45,264 nucleotides of DNA from contig JASLHV010000107.1 in NCBI GenBank assembly GCA_030153205.1, positions 1 to 45,264 of the forward strand. Reading direction: 5' to 3'. Below, in pieces: positions 21,500-29,274 of the stretch (position 1 is its first letter; every line of letters begins with the position of its first letter). The DNA is from Roseiarcus sp. (GTDB lineage: Bacteria; Pseudomonadota; Alphaproteobacteria; Rhizobiales; Beijerinckiaceae). The position numbers were made by a program, and so were the translations under genes. The notes under the pieces are model-generated. The model did no database searches. It was given only the letters and a program-made list of their open reading frames with translations, and was not told the origin of the DNA.

Positions 21500-21637
21500 A
21501 TGCTGAAGAATTCTGTTCGTGTCCTTGCCGCGCTGCTCTTCACCGCTTTCGCGGCCTATAGCGCGTTCGCGCCGGCTCACGCCGGCTCCGGCTATGGCGT
21601 CGATGAGATCGCCATGCATGCCAATTCGAACGGCTGA
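21500..21637 (+). CDS. 45-aa secreted peptide precursor (not in the ORF track)
   Basis: MLKNSVRVLAALLFTAFAAYSAFAPAHA-GSGYGVDEIAMHANSNG; RBS-like AAGGGG; classic A-x-A cleavage site. Confidence 0.7.
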   Translation: MLKNSVRVLAALLFTAFAAYSAFAPAHAGSGYGVDEIAMHANSNG

Positions 21638-21697
21638 CCAATCCTCGACCGGCGCGACGATCCGTCATAGCTTTTGAAGCTCCTACGGGAGCTCGGC

Positions 21698-22075
21698 ATG
21701 CCCGGCGCCAAAAACGCTCATCCCTTTCAGATCAAACGCGTCTACGAGCCCGCCGCGGACAGCGACGGCTGCCGCGTGCTTGTCGATCGTCTCTGGCCGC
21801 GCGGGATTTCCAGGGATAAGGCCCGAATCGATCTCTGGTTGAAGGACGTCGCGCCGAGCGACGAATTGCGGCGCCGCTTTCATGGCGAGCCGTCGAAGTG
21901 GAAAGAATTCGTCGCCGCTTACGCCAAAGAGCTTCACGCGGAGCCTGCACGAAAAGCCGCGCAAGACTTGCGCGAGCGAGCCCATCGCGAACCTGTGACC
22001 CTGCTCTACGCGGCGCGCGATGAGGCGCACAACAATGCCGTGGCGCTAAAGGGCCTTCTCGAAAAGGAGGGGTGA
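21698..22075 (+). CDS. DUF488 (YeaO) family protein
   Basis: IKRVYEP, RVLVDRLWPRG, VAPSDELRR, HNNAVAL. Confidence 0.9.
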   Translation: MPGAKNAHPFQIKRVYEPAADSDGCRVLVDRLWPRGISRDKARIDLWLKDVAPSDELRRRFHGEPSKWKEFVAAYAKELHAEPARKAAQDLRERAHREPVTLLYAARDEAHNNAVALKGLLEKEG

Positions 22076-22081
22076 ATGCTT

Positions 22082-23716
22082 CTATATCGCCACCGCGAAA
22101 GAATCCGGACGCGCCATATTCCAGGCCTCGCGGAGTTTCTGGTCGCGCGCGCCGGCGAGCAATTCGCCTTCCGCCAAGGTCGGATAGAGCTCGCCGAATG
22201 TCATCACTTCATGTGACGAGACGCGTCGGCAGAAATGGTCGGGATGGAAATCGTTGGGATGATCGAGGCCGGCGGCCGCGGTGAGTTCGGCCAGGGCGTG
22301 CAAGGTCGCGCGGTGGAAATTGTACACCCGCTCCGCCTTGTCCGGTACATAAAGGGCGCGCGAGCGGCTCGGATCCTGCGACGTAACGCCGGTCGGACAG
22401 CGATCCGTATGGCAGCTTAGCGATTGGATGCAGCCGAGCGCGAACATGAAGCCGCGCGCCGAATTGCACCAGTCGGCGCCGAGCGCCATCGCCCTGGCCA
22501 TGTCGAAGGCGTTGGTGACCTTGCCGGAGACGCCGATCTTGATGCGCTTCTTTGCGCCAATGCCGGTGATGGCGTTGTTCACGAGGACGAGCCCGTCGCG
22601 CATTGGCATGCCAAGCCGGTCCATGAATTCGATCGGCGCGGCGCCGGTGCCGCCCTCCTTGCCATCGACGACGATGAAGTCTGGGTACGTCCCGCTTTCG
22701 ACCATCGCCTTGCAGATTGCCAGAAACTCCCAGGGGTGGCCGACGCAAAGCTTGAAGCCGACAGGCTTTCCCTCGGAGAGCTTGCGCAATTGCGCAATGA
22801 AACTCATCATTTCGAGCGGCGTTGAAAAGGCGGAGTGGCGGCCGGGTGAGATGCAGTCCCGGCCCATTTCGACGCCGCGGATCGCGGCGATCTCCGCCGA
22901 GACTTTCGCCGCCGGCAGGACGCCGCCATGACCCGGCTTGGCGCCTTGGCTGAGCTTGATCTCGATCATCTTGATCTGCGGCTCTGCCGCGACTCTGGCA
23001 AAGGCCTGAGGATCGAAGGTCCCGTCCAAGGTGCGGCAGCCGAAATAGCCCGACCCGATCTCCCAAATGATGTCGCCGCCATTCTCGCGATGGTACGGCG
23101 AGAAGCCGCCCTCGCCCGTATCATGGGCGAAGCCGCCCTTGGCGGCGCCTTTGTTGAGCGCGCGCACGGCGTTGGCGCTGAGCGCGCCGAAACTCATCGC
23201 GGAAATATTGAAGACCGAGATCGAATAAGGCTTGGCGCAATCGGGACCGCCGACGGTAACCCGAAAATGCTGCGGATTGTCCATCGGCTTCGGCGCCATC
23301 GAATGACGCAGCCATTCGTAACCCTGAGCGTAGACGTCGAATTGCGTGCCGAAGGGCCGCTTGTCGAGCTGCAGCTTGGCGCGCTGATAGACGATGGAGC
23401 GTTCGTCGCGGCTGAAAGGCAATCCGTCCTTTTCGCTTTCGAAGAAATACTGGCGCAGCTCAGGGCGGATATCTTCGAGAAGAAAACGGATATGGGCGGC
23501 GATGGGATAATTGCGCAGCACCGAATGGCTGGTTTGGACGAGGTCACGAAGGCCAAGGAGAGATAGCGCGGCGCAAATCGCCAAAGCCACGCCGAGCGGA
23601 ATATCCCAGCGCGAATGCGGGATTGCAGCGATCAGGATCGCCAAGGTGACCGTAGCGAGGATGCTGAGCGTCAACGTGATGAAACGATGTGAGAACGCAA
23701 GTGCGACAGCGTTCAT
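22082..23716 (-). CDS. FMN-binding glutamate synthase family protein, membrane-anchored
   Basis: NISAMSFGALS, HDTGEGG, IKLSQGAKPGHGG, GCIQSLSCHTDRCPTG. Confidence 0.9.
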   Translation of the reverse strand: MNAVALAFSHRFITLTLSILATVTLAILIAAIPHSRWDIPLGVALAICAALSLLGLRDLVQTSHSVLRNYPIAAHIRFLLEDIRPELRQYFFESEKDGLPFSRDERSIVYQRAKLQLDKRPFGTQFDVYAQGYEWLRHSMAPKPMDNPQHFRVTVGGPDCAKPYSISVFNISAMSFGALSANAVRALNKGAAKGGFAHDTGEGGFSPYHRENGGDIIWEIGSGYFGCRTLDGTFDPQAFARVAAEPQIKMIEIKLSQGAKPGHGGVLPAAKVSAEIAAIRGVEMGRDCISPGRHSAFSTPLEMMSFIAQLRKLSEGKPVGFKLCVGHPWEFLAICKAMVESGTYPDFIVVDGKEGGTGAAPIEFMDRLGMPMRDGLVLVNNAITGIGAKKRIKIGVSGKVTNAFDMARAMALGADWCNSARGFMFALGCIQSLSCHTDRCPTGVTSQDPSRSRALYVPDKAERVYNFHRATLHALAELTAAAGLDHPNDFHPDHFCRRVSSHEVMTFGELYPTLAEGELLAGARDQKLREAWNMARPDSFAVAI

Positions 23717-23884
23717 TTAAGGGCCTCCCCGGAGCGTAATTTTTTTACAGAATAGCTAATTCATAGAGCACGCGACGGCCTTGTGAAGGGGAAAGGCCTT
23801 TTGCGAGGCTCCGTGTTTGGACCCGAGCGTCTCTACCGCGCTGGCCGCTGGCGTTTTGGTCGTCGACGCCCTACATTGGCTTCA

Positions 23885-24040
23885 GCGGAGCTGCGGGGTG
23901 CGTGAGGACATTTTTCCCCGGGGCCTTACGATCCTTAAGGGAGCTGTCCCTGGCCTTGCCCGTGGGCTTGGCTACACGGCGCCCACCTACTCTGTAGGTT
24001 CCCGGGATCGTCGTCCCACGGCCATCGCGGCCCCGCGCAA
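23885..24040 (+). ncRNA. ssrS: 6S RNA
   Basis: Long self-complementary rod (GCGGGG...CCCCGC; CCCCGGG...CCCGGG) containing AAGGGAGCTGTCCCTGG and ACGGCGCCCACCTAC; directly upstream of ygfA; ends approximate. Confidence 0.88.
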
Positions 24041-24071
24041 ATTCTTTCCCCGCTTTGAGGAGCGATAAGCC

Positions 24072-24659
24072 GTGACGACGGCCTCCGCCGCGGTCAAGGA
24101 GGACTTGCGGCGCGCGGCGCTCGGCAGGCGGCGTGCGCTTAGCGCCGCCGAACGGACAAAATTCGGCGCGCGGCTCGCCCGCGAAGGCCTGGCGCTGGCT
24201 AAGAAAAACGCCGCTCGCGCCGTCTCCGCCTTCTATCCCCTGCGTGACGAACCCGACACGCTGCCGCTTCTGACCGCGCTAGCCGATGCAGGTTTCGCCA
24301 CGCTCTTGCCGATTACGATGGCGCGCGGCGCCGCGCTGTTATTTCGAAGCTGGCGGCCGGGCGATCCGACCCGAGAAGGCGCGATGCGAATTCCCGAGCC
24401 GCTGGCGGAAGCGCCGGCGCTCGACCCCGATCTGCTTTTCGTACCGCTCGCCTGTTTCGATCGGCGCGGTCATCGCATCGGCTATGGCGCCGGCCATTAT
24501 GATCGCACGCTGACCGCCCTGAGAGCCAAGGGACGCGCGCTCGCCGTAGGGGTGGCCTATAGCGTCGCCGAATGCGATAGCTTGCCTGACGAGGCGCACG
24601 ATCAGCGGCTCGATTTTGTACTGACGGAGAGCGAATTGATCACTTGCACGGACGCCTGA
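24072..24659 (+). CDS. ygfA: 5-formyltetrahydrofolate cyclo-ligase
   Basis: PDLLFVPLACFDRRGHRIGYGAGHYDR, HDQRLDFVLTE. Confidence 0.93.
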   Translation: MTTASAAVKEDLRRAALGRRRALSAAERTKFGARLAREGLALAKKNAARAVSAFYPLRDEPDTLPLLTALADAGFATLLPITMARGAALLFRSWRPGDPTREGAMRIPEPLAEAPALDPDLLFVPLACFDRRGHRIGYGAGHYDRTLTALRAKGRALAVGVAYSVAECDSLPDEAHDQRLDFVLTESELITCTDA

Positions 24660-24663
24660 GCGG

Positions 24664-25479
24664 ATGCGTCTTTTGTTCATCGGCGACGTGGTCGGGCGTA
24701 GCGGCAGAACCGTGGTCAATACGCAATTGCCGCAACTGCGAGAGAAATGGCGGCTCGATTTCGTGGTGGTCAACGGCGAGAACGCGGCCGGCGGCTTCGG
24801 CATCACCGAATCGATCTGCCAGGAGCTGATTGATTCGGGGGCCGACGCCGTGACCCTCGGCAACCATTCTTTCGACCAGCGCGAGGCGCTTGTTTTCATC
24901 GAGCGCCAGCCAAAGTTGATCCGGCCCGCCAATTATCCCAGCGGCACGCCTGGACGGGGCGCCAATCTCGTCGAAGCGAAGGACGGCCGCAAAGTGCTCG
25001 TCGTCAATATGATGGGCCGCACTTTCATGGACGCGCTCGACGATCCTTTCGTGCGTATCGATCAAGAGCTCGCGGCTTGCCCCTTGGGCGCCGGCTGCGA
25101 CGCGGCGATTGTCGATTTTCACGCCGAGGCGACCAGCGAAAAACAAGCCTTCGGCCTTTATCTCGACGGCCGCGTGAGCCTGGTGGTCGGCACGCATACC
25201 CACACACCGAGCGCCGATCATCGGATCATGCCCGCCGGCACCGGCTTTATGACTGACGCCGGGATGAGCGGCGACTACGAGTCCGTAATCGGGATGGACA
25301 AGGAGGAGCCGCTGCGCCGCTTTACGCGCCGAATCCCCGCCGGCCGCTTTGAGCCTGCGATGGGCGCCGGCACCCTTTGCGGCGTCGCCGTGGAGACCGG
25401 CGAGGACGGCCTCACCAAGAAAATTGGGGCGGTCAGAATCGGCGGCGCGCTCCAGCCGGCAACGCCGGATTTTTGGTAG
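24664..25479 (+). CDS. YmdB/TIGR00282 family metallophosphoesterase
   Basis: GDVVG, NGENAAGG, TLGNH, DFHAEATSEK, GTHTH. Confidence 0.93.
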   Translation: MRLLFIGDVVGRSGRTVVNTQLPQLREKWRLDFVVVNGENAAGGFGITESICQELIDSGADAVTLGNHSFDQREALVFIERQPKLIRPANYPSGTPGRGANLVEAKDGRKVLVVNMMGRTFMDALDDPFVRIDQELAACPLGAGCDAAIVDFHAEATSEKQAFGLYLDGRVSLVVGTHTHTPSADHRIMPAGTGFMTDAGMSGDYESVIGMDKEEPLRRFTRRIPAGRFEPAMGAGTLCGVAVETGEDGLTKKIGAVRIGGALQPATPDFW

Positions 25480-25794
25480 GGCGTCGGCGCAACCGATGCC
25501 GAAGGTGCGACGGAAAGCGCTTTGGCCGATCTTGACGCTGGCTTTTTCAGAGTCCGATTCGATCGCTTGACGCCGGCTGAAAAGCGGTACATGCGAGCCA
25601 TGGCGGAACTCGGACCTGGCCCTCATCGATCGGGAGATATTGCAGAAGTGCTTAGGAAGAAAGTGACGACGGTCGCCCCGGTGCGCAGCTCACTCGTGGC
25701 TAAAGGAATGCTCAATAGCCCTGCTCATGGCGATGACGCTTTTACCGTTCCGCTGTTTGACGGGCTCATGAAGCGAACAATTTCTTTGGCGTAG
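25480..25794 (+). pseudogene. C-terminal winged-helix remnant of an AAA-type ATP-binding protein
   Basis: LDAGFFRVRFDRLTPAEKRYMRAMAELGPGPHRSGDIA...SLVAKGM...AFTVPLFD; no P-loop and no good start or RBS. Confidence 0.65.
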
Positions 25795-25851
25795 TAGCGC
25801 ACGCTCTTTATCGCTGGGCGCTAGTTGGATGCTCTAGAGACGGAAATTACA

Positions 25852-26598
25852 ATGGCGGGTCATAGCCAGTTCAAAAACATCATGCACAAGAAGGGCAAGC
25901 AGGACGCTATCCGCTCCAAGCTCTTCTCTAAACTCGCCCGCGAAATCACTGTCGCCGCCAAGCTTGGCCTGCCCGACCCGGCGATGAACGCCCGCCTACG
26001 GGCGGCGGTCCTGGCGGCCCGGGCGGAGAATATGCCGAAGGACAATATCGAACGCGCGATCAAAAAAGCATCCGCGGCCGATACCGAAACCTATGATGAG
26101 GTGCGCTACGAGGGCTATGCGCCTGGCGGCGTTGCGGTGATCGTGGAGGCCTTGACCGACAATCGCAACCGGACTGCCGGCGAGGTACGCTCCTATTTCA
26201 CCAAATCCGGCGGCTCGCTCGCCGAGACGGGCGCCGTCTCTTTCCTGTTCGATCGGGTCGGCCTGATCGTCTATGCAAAAAAAGTCGCCTCCGACGACGC
26301 GATGCTCGAGGCGGGGATCGAAGCGGGCGCCGACGACGTCGTCTCGGATGACGAGACGCATGAGGTCGTGACGTCGATGGAATCGCTTCGCGATGCGCAG
26401 AAGGCCTTGGAGGCGAAGTTCGGCGAACCGCAAAAGGCGGCGATCGTCTGGCGGCCGCAGAATACAATTTCGGTCGACGACGAAGCCGGCGAAAAAATTC
26501 TCAGGCTCGTCGACGCGTTGGAAGAGAACGACGACGTTCAGAACGTCTACGCCAATTTCGAAGTATCGGACACGCTCGTAGCCAAAATGCAGAGCTAG
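25852..26598 (+). CDS. yebC: YebC/PmpR family protein
   Basis: [38 protein letters not shown]. Confidence 0.95.
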   Translation: MAGHSQFKNIMHKKGKQDAIRSKLFSKLAREITVAAKLGLPDPAMNARLRAAVLAARAENMPKDNIERAIKKASAADTETYDEVRYEGYAPGGVAVIVEALTDNRNRTAGEVRSYFTKSGGSLAETGAVSFLFDRVGLIVYAKKVASDDAMLEAGIEAGADDVVSDDETHEVVTSMESLRDAQKALEAKFGEPQKAAIVWRPQNTISVDDEAGEKILRLVDALEENDDVQNVYANFEVSDTLVAKMQS

Positions 26599-26602
26599 GT
26601 AC

Positions 26603-26644
26603 AAAAATCCGCGGAGAGCGCACGGCGCTTCCGCGGATCATTTT
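26603..26644. terminator. Bidirectional intrinsic terminator
   Basis: AAAA-ATCCGCGGAGAGCG-loop-CGCTTCCGCGGAT-CATTTT between convergent yebC and the peptide gene. Confidence 0.75.
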
Positions 26645-26680
26645 CAGGTCATTAGCAAGAGCGCAGTACGACGCGCGCGA

Positions 26681-26878
26681 TCACCCGCAATGACGATGAC
26701 CGTGATGCCACCAGCAATGGTGATGATGCCACCACACTTTGTCGATCTGCGCGGCGGCGAGAGGCTTCGCCGAAGTCGTCGCCAGCGTGAAGGCCGAAGA
26801 CGGCCCGGTCGACATTGTAATGATTGCAGCGCCCGCGAGCGCGGCGAGAGAAAGGCGAGTGACAAGACGCGTTTTCAT
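26681..26878 (-). CDS. Secreted Trp/His/Cys-rich micro-protein (65 aa)
   Basis: Signal peptide ...TGPSSA, linker, core KVWWHHHHCWWHHGHRHCG; RBS GAGGG; paralog upstream. Confidence 0.8.
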   Translation of the reverse strand: MKTRLVTRLSLAALAGAAIITMSTGPSSAFTLATTSAKPLAAAQIDKVWWHHHHCWWHHGHRHCG

Positions 26879-26988
26879 TTGAATTCCCTCTTAATAGCTT
26901 CAGCTACGAAGCCAAGAGAACACATCCTATGTGAACGAGGCGTGAAGGCGCGCGGCGGATTTTTTTCAATATTCAGAAAGTACTTCGC

Positions 26989-27023
26989 AAAACGAAACCG
27001 CGGAGGCCTTGCAGCCTCCGCGG
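26989..27023 (-). terminator. Intrinsic terminator
   Basis: Perfect stem CCGCGGAGGC-N6-GCCTCCGCGG with a T-rich tail on the minus strand. Confidence 0.75.
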
Positions 27024-27069
27024 AAACATCGGGACCTGTAAAGAGCCCGGACTCTTTGAGAACTTGCGC

Positions 27070-27345
27070 TTACCAATAACGGCAGCGCCAGCCCCACGGG
27101 CTCATCCAGCAATGGCGACCACCGCCCCAGCCGGGACCCCAGTGACGATGCCAACCCCAGCCGCCGCCGCAATGCCAGCAGCCGCCATGATGCCACCAAA
27201 CCTTTTCGACCGGCGCCGCCGAATATGACTCGTCGATCGAAGGTGAGGACAGCGAAAAGGCCGCGGCTGGGCTGGTCATCGTCGCGGCGACCATCGCCAC
27301 GCCTGCCAGCGCGCCAAGCGCCTTGGTTGAAAACGAGAGTTTCAT
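27070..27345 (-). CDS. Secreted Trp/His/Gly/Cys-rich micro-protein (91 aa)
   Basis: Signal peptide ...SPAAA, linker, core KVWWHHGGCWHCGGGWGWHRHWGPGWGGGRHCWMSPWGWRCRYW; RBS GGAGG. Confidence 0.82.
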   Translation of the reverse strand: MKLSFSTKALGALAGVAMVAATMTSPAAAFSLSSPSIDESYSAAPVEKVWWHHGGCWHCGGGWGWHRHWGPGWGGGRHCWMSPWGWRCRYW

Positions 27346-27607
27346 TTTAGGAAATCCTCCTGTTCCTAACCGCACGGCGAGAAGAGCATGCCGAAGGTGA
27401 ATAACCGATGAACCGAAAGTTAAGGAGGGAAAGCCGACTTCAAGCCCTGTGCGAGTAAAGAAGTAAGTAGAACGCGAGCCAATTCTACTTCTTCAATTGT
27501 TGGTTGAGCAAAGCGCAAGCTTTATGCCGGCAAAGCGCCTACGCGTCATATCTTTGCCTCATGAATTCTTGCGACCACCATTATTTAATTGTTGCGCCGC
27601 AAAATAT

Positions 27608-28189
27608 TTACCGTCTTGCCGTGACGCCGAGGTGACCGCCGAGGGCGTCGAGGCCGCAGCGGAGCCGATCAGCCAGGATCGCGTCGGCGCGCCAGGGCGT
27701 TGACACTTCGGCGATGAGCCCACGGCAGTCGCGCAATGGCGCCCCTTCAATGACGATCCGGCGAAGAACAGGCCACGCCGCCGCACCGGCGAGCGCTTGC
27801 GCCGCGCTCAGCTTGTCGCGCGCGTTCAAGGCGATTTCGGTCAGCGGCAGCCCGGAGCGCGGACCCGGAGCGACCGCGCCGATGCGTTCGGGCGCGACAG
27901 CCCGCAGAGTGTCGAGCGCGGCGCGATGATGGAGACGGCGCAGCGCCTCGCCGATCAGCCAACGCAGATCGTTAAGGCGAGGATCATGCGGCGCGAGCAC
28001 GCGATGCGCACGCATGGCGTCGAAAGGATCATCAATTCGGACCTGCCGCCCGCGCGTTTCGATCACCTCCTGACCATTCTCGACGGCGCGCGCCAAACGT
28101 TCGGGCGTCGGTTGAACGACTTCAGCCAAAGCGCTTTGGCCTTTTCTGGACCGCGCGGGACGCCGGCGCGAAGGCGAACGCGCGCTCAC
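27608..28189 (-). CDS. Phage/GTA-type regulator, DUF6456/GafZ-like (tentative)
   Basis: IGEALRRL...ARDKLSAAQALAG...VLRRIVIEG...LRCGLDALGGHLG resembles the DUF6456 pattern; GTG start overlaps the upstream stop. Confidence 0.5.
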   Translation of the reverse strand: MSARSPSRRRPARSRKGQSALAEVVQPTPERLARAVENGQEVIETRGRQVRIDDPFDAMRAHRVLAPHDPRLNDLRWLIGEALRRLHHRAALDTLRAVAPERIGAVAPGPRSGLPLTEIALNARDKLSAAQALAGAAAWPVLRRIVIEGAPLRDCRGLIAEVSTPWRADAILADRLRCGLDALGGHLGVTARR

Positions 28190-28410
28190 TTCGCGAACTC
28201 CTCACAAAGGCTGGCGGGCGACGTACAGTAAGAACTCAGAGGCGCCGGCGAGAGGTAACGCGGCCCGATGCTTGGCTCGCTGGGCATATCGGGCGGCGGG
28301 CGACCATGGGCGCGCTTCAAATCTCTTAGATGAGCCGCGCAAGCGGCCACGGCCTTCATGCGGCGCGTGTTTGATTTGGGCGTGCGTCGGCGCGCGCGGG
28401 ATCTGCCCAT
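28186..28410 (-). CDS. Small basic phage-like hypothetical protein in the cro position
   Basis: RBS AAGGAG; basic N-terminus, AHLRDLKRAHG and SYCTSPASLCE; first gene of the leftward operon. Confidence 0.65.
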   Translation of the reverse strand: MGRSRARRRTPKSNTRRMKAVAACAAHLRDLKRAHGRPPPDMPSEPSIGPRYLSPAPLSSYCTSPASLCEEFAK

Positions 28411-28466
28411 CGCTTAAGGCTCCTTCGACTGAGAATTTGAAAGCGTCAGAGGCGTGACGCTGAGGT

Positions 28467-28545
28467 ATATTCTGAAATTCAGAACAGTCTGTCAAGCAAT
28501 ATTTCTGGAAAACATTATTGCGTTTGTTCTGAAAATCAGAATAAT
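28467..28545. promoter_or_regulatory. Divergent promoters with twin operators
   Basis: TTCTGAAATTCAGAA (28470-28484) and TTCTGAAAATCAGAA (28527-28541); leftward TTGACA-N17-GAATAT, rightward TTGCGT-N16-AATAAT. Confidence 0.8.
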
Positions 28546-28551
28546 TCGGAT

Positions 28552-29151
28552 ATGCCGAACGATATCGTCGATTGGATCCGCAAAGCGCTTCTGGCCACGG
28601 GAAAAACCCGCAGCGGCCTCGCCAAGGCGTTGGGACGCTCGCCGTCGGCGGTGACGGACCTGCTCAATGGATCGCGCCGCCTGCGCGCGGAGGAAATCGC
28701 CGTCGCCGCCGCCTATCTCGGCGTCGAGCCGCCCCGTTTCCTTGGCGGGCGCGGCGGCATATCTCCGCCAGGCGTGGCGGTTCCCGTCGTCGGCTTCGTT
28801 GGCGCCGGCGCCGAGGCGCATTTCTATGCCGACGGGCAAGGCCCCTTCGACGAAGTCGCCGCGCCTGACGACGCAAGCGATAGGACCGTCGCCGTGCAAG
28901 TGCGCGGCCATTCGCTCGGCACGCTCTTCGACAATTGGCTCGTCTTCTACGACGACGTGCATGACCCGCCCGGCGACGACTTGGTCAGCCGGATGTGCGT
29001 CTGCGGTCTTTCTGATGGACGGGTTCTGATCAAGTCGCTCAAACGCGGCCAGATCGTCGGCCTATGGACGCTGCTCTCGAATGTCGAGCCGCCGATCTAT
29101 GACGTCGCGCTCGACTGGGCCGCCCCCGTCCGCGCGATGCGGCCGCGCTAA
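28552..29151 (+). CDS. CI/LexA-like repressor (XRE HTH + S24 peptidase domain)
   Basis: HTH RSGLAKALGRSPSAVTDLLNG; cleavage-site-like VGFVGAG; catalytic VRGHSL and VLIK. Confidence 0.88.
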   Translation: MPNDIVDWIRKALLATGKTRSGLAKALGRSPSAVTDLLNGSRRLRAEEIAVAAAYLGVEPPRFLGGRGGISPPGVAVPVVGFVGAGAEAHFYADGQGPFDEVAAPDDASDRTVAVQVRGHSLGTLFDNWLVFYDDVHDPPGDDLVSRMCVCGLSDGRVLIKSLKRGQIVGLWTLLSNVEPPIYDVALDWAAPVRAMRPR

Positions 29152-29274
29152 GGTCATAAGACGGCGGCTGTTTGATCGCCAGAGCCGCTGCGACGTTTGG
29201 TTTTCGGGTCGACACGGGGCGTCATTTCAGAGAAGAAGCGCTCCGCCCCACCCGTCTCGCTTGAAGTGAGCGCC

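Noticed and set aside
23817..24068. 83-aa ORF
   Set aside because: Overlaps the 6S RNA; spurious
24640..25626. 328-aa minus-strand ORF
   Set aside because: Antisense to ymdB; no independent coding evidence
27593..27601. TGCGCCGCA, a PhaR/AniA-like box
   Set aside because: Single short match with no PHA-related gene or clear promoter context
26600..29200. Complete prophage or integrative element
   Set aside because: No integrase, att duplication, replication or structural genes visible
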